A model generated the notes under the pieces. That model made no database searches and was not told the origin of the DNA. It worked only from the letters and a program-made list of their open reading frames with translations. 64,000 bases of DNA, from positions 594-64,593 of the forward strand of contig JAFWJA010000013.1 in NCBI GenBank assembly GCA_017511805.1, read 5' to 3'. Shown in pieces: positions 1 through 8,684 of this stretch. Source of the stretch: Bacilli bacterium. Lineage in GTDB: Bacteria; Bacillota_I; Bacilli_A; RF39; UBA660. Position 1 is the stretch's first letter, and each line of letters starts with the position of its first letter. A program made the position numbers and the translations under genes.

Positions 1-1
1 T

Positions 2-2584
2 GTAACATATTATGCTAAATGGACTGGTGATATATCAGATGCTTCATTTGCTTATAGTTCATTTATTCTTAGCGTAGGTGATGAAGATGATATTGTTATA
101 AATAATTCTTCTGATTATGAATCTGTAACTTATACTTCTAATGATACAAGTATCGTTACAGTAAATAATAGTGGTCACTTAACTGCTGTTGATGATGGTG
201 AAACAACTATTACAGTTACAGGTTCTAGATCAGGTCATACAAGAACAATTAATGTTAAAGTAACAGAAGAAATAACAGAATTTGTTGTACACTTTGATTC
301 AATGGGTGGATCAAGTGTAAATGATATGAATGTACCAAAAAATACTGCTATTGGATCATTACCAGAAGATCCAATATTAGCAGATAATATATTTGCAGGT
401 TGGTATACAAATACAAATTATTCAACAAAAGTTACAACAGATACAGTTATAAGAAGTGATGTAACATTCTATGCTAAATGGATACCAGAAAATGCAGTAG
501 CGGAGATTAATCATTCATACTTTACTTCATTACAAGATGCATTTGATTCAGAAATGACTGGTAAGACTACAATTATATTATTAAAGGATATAAGTGTTAA
601 TAATACATATTTAAATCTATATACTAAGAATCTAGGTAAAGATATTGTGTTAGATTTAAATAATAAAACAATTACAGGTACTGGTAGTCAAACTATTAAA
701 ACTAAAACATCTTTAGAAATAAAGAATGGTACTATCACTCAAAGTTCTTCAAATGGTACTATAGATATTGGTTCTGGAGGACATTTAATTATAAATAGTG
801 GAACAGTTATTAATACTGGTTCAAGAGCTGCTATATATAATGATGGTGGAACAGTTGAACTAGGTGGAACAGTTAATATAACTTCTAACGCGGAATGGGC
901 AGGTAATAATAATAGAGGAACTGTTCAAAATAAGAGTGGAACAACTATTATAACAGGTGGAACTTATATTAATACTCGTTCATCTAATTCATATGCAGTT
1001 TCAGCTACTGTAGGAACATTAACAATAGGAACAAAAGATGATATATATAATACATCTAATATAGTTATTCAAGGTGAAACAGGTGGTATTTATTCAGCAG
1101 TTAATTATTCTCTATATGATGGAATGATTAAAGGTATAACAGCTGCTGTTGAGAATGAAAGTAAAATAACTAGTATTGAAGATAATGCTACTAAAGTTAA
1201 TGATGTAGATGGTAGTTATAATATTTTATATTATACTGTACCAAATAATAAATATAGAATAGATCTTGATGCAGGTGAAGGTACTGTTAATCCAACATAT
1301 ATATTAATAGATGCTGGTGATCAAATAGGTACACTTCCAACACCTACAAGAGGAGTATATACATTTGATGGTTGGTTTGATTCAAATGATGTAGAAGCTG
1401 ATCCAACACATCAACCAACAAGTAGTGAAACATATTATGCTAAATGGCATTATGAAGCATCTAATGAAATAGTTGAATTTAGAACAACAAATGATGCTAT
1501 GGCAGAGTATTATGATAAAATTGATACATGGAAGGTTAGTTCAAGTAACTTCCCATCATGGTCATCTAGTAATAACTCACCAAATTGGGCATTAGACGCA
1601 ACTGAAAATACACCTATGAAAAATAATTTTGATGCTAATAACTGTCAATGTGCTGATGGACAATGTTCATCAAGTGGAACAGTAGCTTGTGATAAGCCAA
1701 AAGGATATTCAACAGGTTTAAGTGAAAAAGTAAACGTTTACTTATCTGATGCAGTTACTAAAGCAAAAGGAGATTTAGTTACATATGCTAAATCAAATAA
1801 TGGTGTAATATATAACTTAATCCCTGGACAAGTATATTATTGGGAAGCAGAAAGTGATGAAAACGTTCATGGTTATGTTAAATTTACTGGTGAAAGAAGA
1901 ATATTAGATACAGGAGATGTTAGAAATACTCGTGATCTAGGAGGATTACCAGTAGATACAGATTCTGATGGAACTATAGATGGAGAATTAAAGTATGGTA
2001 AATTATTTAGAGGTATAAAACTTAATTCAGCTTCAAGTGTTACAGAATTAGTTAATTTAGGAGTAACTGAAGAGTTTGATTTAAGAGAATCTAATAGTGA
2101 TCCATATAAATTATCAGATGTATCTGGTAAAAAATATCATAGAATAGAAGCACAAAACTATTATGTAAATTATAATCCTGATAATGCAACAGAAATGGGT
2201 TATTACAATATGACAAGAGCAGCTGTTAAATATGCTATGGAAGAAATAGTAAATGGTGAAAATATATACTTCCATTGCCGTATTGGAACAGATAGAACAG
2301 GTACTGTTGCTTATGTTCTAGAAGGATTACTTGGTGTTCCTGAAGAAGATCGTATACAAGATTATGAATTATCATTCTTCTATGGATTAATTAGAATTCA
2401 CCGTTATCATAATGAAAAACCTGGTTCTTCAGTAGGAACAGGTAAAGAAAGATTTGTTTATATGCATAATTTCATGCCAACAAATTCTGATATTTATGAT
2501 TGGTATATGGCAGGTTCAACTAATGTATCTGAAGACCAAGCATTAATTAATTCATTTAGAACAAAGATGATTAATTCGTACTAA
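2..2584 (+). CDS. Multidomain surface/secreted protein, 5'-partial (runs off the left edge): Ig-like (Big_2-type) domain, Listeria-Bacteroides (Flg_new) repeats, beta-helix module, C-terminal protein-tyrosine-phosphatase-like domain
   Basis: The frame of the tracked ORF (302..2584) stays open back to base 2 (VTYYAKWTGD...YTSNDTSIVTVNNSGHLTAVDDGETTITVTGS). There are G-W-[YF]...YAKW repeats. A module beginning AEINHSYFTSLQDAFD...IILLKD ends in SLYDGMIKG, the same pattern as the giant ORF modules. The C-terminus reads NTRDLGG...LFRG...DLRES...FHCRIGTDRTG, with the CX5R P-loop at 2273-2302. Confidence 0.8.
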   Translation, partial: VTYYAKWTGDISDASFAYSSFILSVGDEDDIVINNSSDYESVTYTSNDTSIVTVNNSGHLTAVDDGETTITVTGSRSGHTRTINVKVTEEITEFVVHFDSMGGSSVNDMNVPKNTAIGSLPEDPILADNIFAGWYTNTNYSTKVTTDTVIRSDVTFYAKWIPENAVAEINHSYFTSLQDAFDSEMTGKTTIILLKDISVNNTYLNLYTKNLGKDIVLDLNNKTITGTGSQTIKTKTSLEIKNGTITQSSSNGTIDIGSGGHLIINSGTVINTGSRAAIYNDGGTVELGGTVNITSNAEWAGNNNRGTVQNKSGTTIITGGTYINTRSSNSYAVSATVGTLTIGTKDDIYNTSNIVIQGETGGIYSAVNYSLYDGMIKGITAAVENESKITSIEDNATKVNDVDGSYNILYYTVPNNKYRIDLDAGEGTVNPTYILIDAGDQIGTLPTPTRGVYTFDGWFDSNDVEADPTHQPTSSETYYAKWHYEASNEIVEFRTTNDAMAEYYDKIDTWKVSSSNFPSWSSSNNSPNWALDATENTPMKNNFDANNCQCADGQCSSSGTVACDKPKGYSTGLSEKVNVYLSDAVTKAKGDLVTYAKSNNGVIYNLIPGQVYYWEAESDENVHGYVKFTGERRILDTGDVRNTRDLGGLPVDTDSDGTIDGELKYGKLFRGIKLNSASSVTELVNLGVTEEFDLRESNSDPYKLSDVSGKKYHRIEAQNYYVNYNPDNATEMGYYNMTRAAVKYAMEEIVNGENIYFHCRIGTDRTGTVAYVLEGLLGVPEEDRIQDYELSFFYGLIRIHRYHNEKPGSSVGTGKERFVYMHNFMPTNSDIYDWYMAGSTNVSEDQALINSFRTKMINSY

Positions 2585-2616
2585 AAAAACTCATTCTTTA
2601 TGAATGAGTTTTTTTT
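2583..2616. terminator. Bidirectional rho-independent terminator between convergent genes
   Basis: A-run, stem ctcattc/gaatgag, then a T-run. It lies directly between the stop at 2584 (+) and the stop at 2615 (-). Confidence 0.7.
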
Positions 2617-3211
2617 AATATTTAAAGAAAGTATATTCAGAATAAATATCAAGAGCATCTGGGAGATTAAATAAATTTGTAAATACTAGGTTATATATTT
2701 CATCTATTAGTATTAATGATACTAGTGTAATTCCAACTGTTAAGAATATTTTTTTAGGAATTTTTTTAGATAGTTTAATTAAAAATGGCATTAACATATA
2801 GTTTAAAAATAAACCACCTACAGCGAAACCTGATAAACTTAATAAACAAACATATCCATGGAAATTTAATATTTCATTTTTATAATTCCAATATCTTATA
2901 CCAAATACCTTATCAAATATAAAACCAGTTGTTAATTCAAATGTACCAGCGACTAATAAAGATATTAGTAATACTTTTAATGGTTTATCTCTAAATCTAT
3001 ATGTACAAGCTAGTATTAAAAATGAACCTATTGAATACATATTTATCCAAGGAAGAAAGTTTCCACCTCTCCAATACAAATCCTGCATACCATTATCCCA
3101 GAATGCAAACCAAAATTCAATTAACCATCCTATGAATCCTGGTATAATCATTATTCCACAGGCAATCCCTATCTTTTGCCATGTTTCTAACTCTCTTATA
3201 CTGTACTTCAT
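2615..3211 (-). CDS. Small polytopic membrane protein, possibly of the 'putative ABC-transporter type IV'/DUF1113-like family
   Basis: 198-aa ORF with about 5-6 hydrophobic segments. The family assignment is from memory of the overall sequence pattern only. Confidence 0.45.
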   Translation of the reverse strand: MKYSIRELETWQKIGIACGIMIIPGFIGWLIEFWFAFWDNGMQDLYWRGGNFLPWINMYSIGSFLILACTYRFRDKPLKVLLISLLVAGTFELTTGFIFDKVFGIRYWNYKNEILNFHGYVCLLSLSGFAVGGLFLNYMLMPFLIKLSKKIPKKIFLTVGITLVSLILIDEIYNLVFTNLFNLPDALDIYSEYTFFKY

Positions 3212-3289
3212 ACTGCACCTCTATTTTAATAATAACAAAAAAAAATAAAAAATCAAAGTGTTTTGTCAATTTACATAATAGACTATACA

Positions 3290-3298
3290 TGATATAAT
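3290..3298 (+). promoter_or_regulatory. Extended -10 promoter element (TGaTATAAT)
   Basis: tgatataat lies 26 nt upstream of the ATG at 3324. A G-rich RBS (agggggg) sits in between. Confidence 0.45.
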
Positions 3299-3323
3299 TT
3301 ATTTAATTAGGGGGGAATAATAA

Positions 3324-3971
3324 ATGAAAGATTATTCATATTCATATAATATTCTATGTAAACACAAAGAAGAAAGTGAAGATTACTTTTTATTTTATGA
3401 AAAAAAAGATGGAAAAATTATTGTTCATTTAGCTGGAGGTAGTGTAAAGGAGTTTACATATTCTAAAGAGACCGAGAATATTATTTTAGAGAGAATGGAG
3501 TTACAGGTATTAAAGTATGGAGAGTCTCTAATAAACAATTATGAAATAGATGCAGAAGAATTAATAGAAAGAGCTAGTCCATTTGTTTTATTAAGTAGTT
3601 TTGGTTCGATTACTATGATTGATGCTTCATTATTATTCTCAATATTGAATTACTCTGTTTTAAGTGGTTGTAGTTTATTAATTGGATATGGTGGAATAGA
3701 ATACTATTATTCAAAATATTTAAAAAAAGACTATGTTAAACACAAACTATTTTTAGATAATAAAGAACTTATTCAATCTAGTACATATAGAGATTTAAGA
3801 CCATTAGTTGGAGTAAATAAAAAAGCTTTAAAAGAAGCTAGGCAAAATCTTGATGAAGATCAAGCCTCAATAAATATAAATACAATTAGATTATTTAAAA
3901 AAAAAGAGATTAATTCAATTATTAACTATATTAAAGATAATAAAAAAATCTATTCTTTTAAAAGAGAATAG
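3324..3971 (+). CDS. Hypothetical protein with a central hydrophobic hairpin
   Basis: 215-aa ORF with a strong RBS. I recognise no motif. Confidence 0.55.
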   Translation: MKDYSYSYNILCKHKEESEDYFLFYEKKDGKIIVHLAGGSVKEFTYSKETENIILERMELQVLKYGESLINNYEIDAEELIERASPFVLLSSFGSITMIDASLLFSILNYSVLSGCSLLIGYGGIEYYYSKYLKKDYVKHKLFLDNKELIQSSTYRDLRPLVGVNKKALKEARQNLDEDQASININTIRLFKKKEINSIINYIKDNKKIYSFKRE

Positions 3972-3979
3972 TTTTTTTA

Positions 3980-4008
3980 TTGACTAAGGTCTTTATTAAA
4001 TATATAAT
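3980..4008 (+). promoter_or_regulatory. Sigma-A-type promoter (TTGACT-17 nt-TATAAT)
   Basis: ttgact at 3980-3985 and tataat at 4003-4008, with exactly 17 nt between them. It lies upstream of the RBS/ATG at 4033. Confidence 0.6.
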
Positions 4009-4032
4009 TATATATAATAGGAGTATGATAAT

Positions 4033-7000
4033 ATGAAGAAGTATAGAAATGTATTTATAGTTGCTTTTTTTATTGCTTTTTTCTCAACATTAGTTTTTTT
4101 ATCATATAAAGTAAATTTTGGAAGAATAATGTCAGATATTTCTTCTGTTACAAGAGAAACAATTAAAACATATGATGTAGGTGATATTGTAAAATTTGAT
4201 CCAGTTAATTATGAGATATGTGATGAAGATAGTTCTAGTAGTACTTGTCATAATTGGTACGTAGTAAGTAAGAATAACAATGTTTATGATTTATACTATG
4301 AAGGATTTGAATCTAATATGCTTTGGACAGTTAAAAATCCTGTGGATATAATTAAATCATATACTGAAAACTGGGATAATAGATTAACTATGGATAATTC
4401 ACATGATATTACATTAACCGATGACTATGGCTATTATTTTAGTGAAACAAAAGCTAGAATAATAACAGTAGATGATTATTATAATATAGATGAGTCAGTA
4501 AGAAGAAAACTATTAATTCCATATAGTCCAGAACTAAATCCATCTACACCTAGATATAAATATATGATTATTAATCCAGGTGAAGAATGTATATCTTTTT
4601 TTGGTGAAGCAGATCAATATGGTACAGGTGTTATTACTACTATGACTTATAGTAATAACATAGAGGGTGGTTATAATCCTAGTGTATATATTAGACCATT
4701 AATAAATCTTGATTTAGAAAATGGTGTAGGTAATGCATATCATGTTGTTACTGAACACGAGGTTGAATTTGTAGTAGAAGGATCTACTTATGGTGATAAA
4801 CAAACTATTATAGAAAATAATTTAGTACAAAAACCAGAAAATCCTATAAAAGAAGGGTATAGATTTAAATATTGGAGTCTAGAAGAAAATGGAAGTGCAT
4901 ATAACTTTGGAACTCCAGTAACAAGTAGTTTTTATTTATATGCTGTATTTGGTGAAATAGATCCAAGACAAAAAAGATCATTTGAATTATATGACACAAT
5001 AGATTTTGATCCAGTTAATTATGAATTTTGTGATGAAAATTATGAAGGGGATACTTGTTATCAATGGACTGTAATTAGTAAGAATGAAAATGAATATGAT
5101 ATTTATATGAATTATGCATTACCATCTATGGGATGGAGTACTGCTAATCCTGTAGATGTCATTAAGAGTTATACAAGTAGTTGGGATTCTCAGTTAACAG
5201 TAGATTCCTCATATGATGTAACTGTTAATCCAAATTATGGTTATAAATTTAGTGAAACAAAAGCAAGAATGCTATTAGCATCTGAATATAATAATTCTGG
5301 TTCTAATATAGATAAAGTTGTTAGAAGAAATGTAATTGTAACTCTATTAAATCCTGATAATAGATACATAGATTTAGTTAGAACTGATACTGAGTATACA
5401 ACAACACCATCAACTAATAATTATAATTTAATTGACTACTATTCATTTGATAGTAATGCATCGGGTACTTATGAATATAAAGCATATGTTATTCCGGTTG
5501 TTCATATTAACTTAGATAATGGTATTGGTAATTCTGAAGAAAGAGATAGAAAAAAATATACTTGTAGAAGAGCAACTAAGAATATTACTTTAGGTAAACT
5601 AAATACTGTAGGAACTTTAGAATCTGGTGATGAATTTGATTGTGATGTTGATGGTAAAGGATATAGAGAAAGATTTTACTATGTAACTGATTTAGATTCT
5701 AATAATGATTATGGTGTATTATTATATAATCAAAATGTAAAACAAGGTAATATATATAATTTTATTTGTTATAATGACAATGGTTGTCCAAGAGAAGATA
5801 GACAGTATTTTAAATATGATGATAATCCATTTCAAAATGGACCTAGAACTGCAATAACACAGTTACCAACAACAAGTCAGTGGACAAATATTTCTTTATA
5901 TAATAATGTAAGAAACATATATGATACTAACAAGAATAAGATAGTAAGTAACTTTAGTTATGAAGGAAAGGCAGCTAGATTATTAACATATGAAGAAGCA
6001 TTAAAGGCTTGTGGTGTTGAATATAGAAAAATCTATGATTCTTATATTTCAATTCCACTAAATGAACAATGTTTCTATTTAACTGATAATCTTCATTCAC
6101 ATTCTGGTGATGTAGATACAGATAAGTGGATGGAAAAAGGGTTACCAAGATTAACAAAATATAATGGACTTCCATGGGCATACTGGTTAGAAAATGTATT
6201 TGTAAGTAGTTATTTAGATGATCATGGTCGCCCAGTATATGATTATAACAATCCAAGAGTTATGAGAATGTTTGGTAATTATCAAGGTGAGGAGATGATT
6301 ACCATTGAAAATGGTAATGATGAATCAGATAAAGCAATAAGACCTGTAATTGAAGTTAAAAAAACTAAAATATATTATGGTTTAAAAGCAAATGTTACAT
6401 TTAATGATGAAGAAAGATTAACTGTTAAAACTATTGATTTAGGATCAACAGTAACACCAGTTGATAACCAAGGCAAAACTAATTATCATTTTAAACATTG
6501 GAGTTTAACAAAAAATGGTGCTGAATTTAATTTTAATACATCTATTAGTGAAGATATAACTTTATATGCAGTATATGAAATAGATAGATATAACATTACT
6601 TATAATTTAGATGGTGGTGTAGTAACAGGTAACCCAAGTACTTATACACCAGAAGATACATTCACTTTAAATAATCCAACAAAAGAAGGATATAAGTTCT
6701 TAGGATGGATAGGAACTGATTTAACTGATAAAACTATGACAGTAACAGTTCCAGTTGGTTCAACAGGTGATAGAGAATATACTGCTAATTATGAAGAAAT
6801 AGAAGATGAATGTAAGATTTATATAGCAAGTAGTGTTTACTCTGTGGATAATGATAATTTAGTAATTAGTGGTGTTCCAAAAGATGAAACAGAAGAACAA
6901 ATAGAAAGTAATTTAAATATTGAAGGTAAACTTGAAAAGATTACTAGTGAAACCGTAACTGTTTCATGTAATGATACTAAGAAAGTATATACTATTCAAA

Positions 7001-7152
7001 GAATATGGATGCCACATACTGGTATGAATATAATTAAATTCTCATTTATATTCTTATATAGTGCAGGTATAATCACAGTATTAATGTTTATAAATAGAGA
7101 AAGATTAAAGAATAAACTACTAAAAGTATCTATAAGAAATAAAAAGGAATAA
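4033..7152 (+). CDS. Cell-surface protein: N-terminal signal anchor, three copies of a Cys-containing domain of unknown function, three Listeria-Bacteroides repeats, C-terminal sortase-type sorting signal
   Basis: N-terminus is MKKYRNVFIVAFFIAFFSTLVFL. Internal duplication: YDVGDIVKFDPVNYEICDED...CHNWYVVSKNNNVYDLY...ETKARII versus YDTIDFDPVNYEFCDEN...CYQWTVISKNENEYDIY...ETKARML. Repeats of the form GY.F..W....G..F.F.....D..LYAV are present. The C-terminus is MPHTG, then a hydrophobic stretch, then a basic tail. Confidence 0.8.
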   Translation: MKKYRNVFIVAFFIAFFSTLVFLSYKVNFGRIMSDISSVTRETIKTYDVGDIVKFDPVNYEICDEDSSSSTCHNWYVVSKNNNVYDLYYEGFESNMLWTVKNPVDIIKSYTENWDNRLTMDNSHDITLTDDYGYYFSETKARIITVDDYYNIDESVRRKLLIPYSPELNPSTPRYKYMIINPGEECISFFGEADQYGTGVITTMTYSNNIEGGYNPSVYIRPLINLDLENGVGNAYHVVTEHEVEFVVEGSTYGDKQTIIENNLVQKPENPIKEGYRFKYWSLEENGSAYNFGTPVTSSFYLYAVFGEIDPRQKRSFELYDTIDFDPVNYEFCDENYEGDTCYQWTVISKNENEYDIYMNYALPSMGWSTANPVDVIKSYTSSWDSQLTVDSSYDVTVNPNYGYKFSETKARMLLASEYNNSGSNIDKVVRRNVIVTLLNPDNRYIDLVRTDTEYTTTPSTNNYNLIDYYSFDSNASGTYEYKAYVIPVVHINLDNGIGNSEERDRKKYTCRRATKNITLGKLNTVGTLESGDEFDCDVDGKGYRERFYYVTDLDSNNDYGVLLYNQNVKQGNIYNFICYNDNGCPREDRQYFKYDDNPFQNGPRTAITQLPTTSQWTNISLYNNVRNIYDTNKNKIVSNFSYEGKAARLLTYEEALKACGVEYRKIYDSYISIPLNEQCFYLTDNLHSHSGDVDTDKWMEKGLPRLTKYNGLPWAYWLENVFVSSYLDDHGRPVYDYNNPRVMRMFGNYQGEEMITIENGNDESDKAIRPVIEVKKTKIYYGLKANVTFNDEERLTVKTIDLGSTVTPVDNQGKTNYHFKHWSLTKNGAEFNFNTSISEDITLYAVYEIDRYNITYNLDGGVVTGNPSTYTPEDTFTLNNPTKEGYKFLGWIGTDLTDKTMTVTVPVGSTGDREYTANYEEIEDECKIYIASSVYSVDNDNLVISGVPKDETEEQIESNLNIEGKLEKITSETVTVSCNDTKKVYTIQRIWMPHTGMNIIKFSFIFLYSAGIITVLMFINRERLKNKLLKVSIRNKKE
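7009..7152 (+). other. Atypical cell-wall sorting signal (M-P-H-T-G, TM helix, basic tail)
   Basis: Codons atg cca cat act ggt at 7009-7023. These are followed by MNIIKFSFIFLYSAGIITVLMFI and then NRERLKNKLLKVSIRNKKE. Confidence 0.5.
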
Positions 7153-7178
7153 AATGGTTAACTATTTTATTCTTTTTT
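7147..7178 (+). terminator. Rho-independent terminator
   Basis: 9-bp stem gaataaaat/attttattc followed by tttttt. It overlaps the stop codon of the 4033..7152 gene. Confidence 0.65.
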
Positions 7179-7202
7179 AGTATAATTAGATTAGGTGATA
7201 TT

Positions 7203-8549
7203 ATGAAGAAGATGTTTTTACAGGATATAGTTAAAGTTACAAAAGGTAGACTTGTTTGTGGTGATGAGAATTTAGAATTAGGTAGTTTTTCTATAAATAC
7301 TAAGACTATAAATAATGATGAGGTATTTGTTGGAATAAAGGGTGAAAAAGTAGATGGATCTAAATTCTATTTAGATGCATTTAATAATGGTGCTATAGGT
7401 GCTATTATTAATAAGGAATCTGTTGATATTAAAGAAGTAGAAGGCAAGTTTATATTAGAAGTAGATGATACTGTTATAGCATTACAAGAAATAGCTAAAT
7501 ATAAAAGAAGTTTATATGAAGATTTACTAGTTGTAGGAGTTACTGGTTCAGTTGGTAAAACTAGTACTAAAGATATAATAGCGTTAACTTTATCTAATAA
7601 GTATAAAGTATTAAAAACTGAAGGTAATTATAATAATGAATTAGGTTTACCGTTAACAATATTAGGTCTTAAAGATGAAACAGCATTAGTACTTGAAATG
7701 GGTATGGATGGTTTTGGTCAACTTAGTACTTTATCTAAAATAGGTAGACCTAAATATGCAGTTATTACTAATGTAGGTACTGCGCATATAGCTAATTTAG
7801 GTTCTAGAGAAAATATATTAAAAGCTAAATTAGAAATATTAGATGGACTAGATAAAGATGGTAAATTATTTATCAATAATGATAATGATATGCTTAATAT
7901 GTGGAATAATAAAGAAAAGAAATCTAATGTAGTAACATTTGGTATAAATAATAAAAGCGATTATACCGCTACTAATGTTAGTTATGATGAATTAACTACT
8001 TTTACTTGTAATAATGAAGAATACAAAGTAAATGTAGGTGGTGAAGCATTTGTTTATAATGCACTATCCGCAATTGCAATAGGTACTACTTTAGGTATAG
8101 ATAAATCTATGATTAAGAACAGTTTAAGTAATATAGTTCTTACTAAAAACAGATTACAAGAAATAGATAAAAAAGGTTATAGGATTATAAGTGATTGTTA
8201 TAACGCAAACTATGATTCTATGAAAGAAGGTTTATCTAATTTAGGTAAATATAAAGATAAAAGAAAAATTGCTGTTTTAGGTGATATGTTAGAACTAGGA
8301 GAATATTCAAAAAATCTACATGAAAAAGTAGGAGAAGAAGTTCTAAATAATAATATAGATATACTTGTTACAGTAGGAACTGAAGCTAAATATATAGCAA
8401 ATATAGCTAGTAAATCAGTAGAGGTACATGAATTTGATAATAATAAAGATGCAATTAAATACTTAAATGAGATAATAAAAAAAGATGATGTAATATTAGT
8501 AAAAGCATCTCATGGTATGAATTTTACAGAAATAGTAGAAAATATATAG
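7203..8549 (+). CDS. murF: UDP-N-acetylmuramoyl-tripeptide--D-alanyl-D-alanine ligase
   Basis: Mur-ligase P-loop VGVTGSVGKTSTKD. Length and overall pattern (NNELGLPLT, DCYNANYDSM, LGDMLELG) are typical of MurF. Confidence 0.9.
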   Translation: MKKMFLQDIVKVTKGRLVCGDENLELGSFSINTKTINNDEVFVGIKGEKVDGSKFYLDAFNNGAIGAIINKESVDIKEVEGKFILEVDDTVIALQEIAKYKRSLYEDLLVVGVTGSVGKTSTKDIIALTLSNKYKVLKTEGNYNNELGLPLTILGLKDETALVLEMGMDGFGQLSTLSKIGRPKYAVITNVGTAHIANLGSRENILKAKLEILDGLDKDGKLFINNDNDMLNMWNNKEKKSNVVTFGINNKSDYTATNVSYDELTTFTCNNEEYKVNVGGEAFVYNALSAIAIGTTLGIDKSMIKNSLSNIVLTKNRLQEIDKKGYRIISDCYNANYDSMKEGLSNLGKYKDKRKIAVLGDMLELGEYSKNLHEKVGEEVLNNNIDILVTVGTEAKYIANIASKSVEVHEFDNNKDAIKYLNEIIKKDDVILVKASHGMNFTEIVENI

Positions 8550-8590
8550 AAAAAGCCACTATTTTTCATTATAAAAAAATTGCTATTTTA

Positions 8591-8617
8591 AAAGACTATA
8601 AAAATAGTCTTTTTTTT
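8591..8617 (+). terminator. Rho-independent terminator after murF
   Basis: Stem aaagactat/atagtcttt with a 4-nt loop, followed by a T-run. Confidence 0.65.
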
Positions 8618-8659
8618 AGTAAAAAAATCGACAAAATTCTTTATAAAAACAAGCAAATA

Positions 8660-8668
8660 TGGTATAAT
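8660..8668 (+). promoter_or_regulatory. Extended -10 promoter element (TGgTATAAT) at the head of the SipW/giant-protein locus
   Basis: tggtataat lies just downstream of the murF terminator and upstream of the RBS ggtaggag. Confidence 0.45.
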
Positions 8669-8684
8669 TTTATATGGTAGGAGT

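Noticed and set aside
5975-6256. Antisense or off-frame ORFs nested in other genes: 5975-6256(-), 9615-9833(-), 35179-35364(-), 41826-42167(-), 51938-52186(-), 52128-52361(-), 55024-55209(-), 56600-56815(-), 60277-60465(-).
   Set aside because: Each is fully contained in a longer, motif-supported or better-supported ORF. Their AT-rich sequence gives I/F/L/K-rich translations with no start-site signals.
7203-8549. murF sitting alone between surface-protein genes rather than in a dcw cluster with murD/murC (49931-52625), considered as possible evidence for an island insertion.
   Set aside because: Dispersed mur genes are common in Bacillota. Nothing in the flanks (repeats, recombinases) supports an insertion event, so the observation is not informative without comparative genomes.
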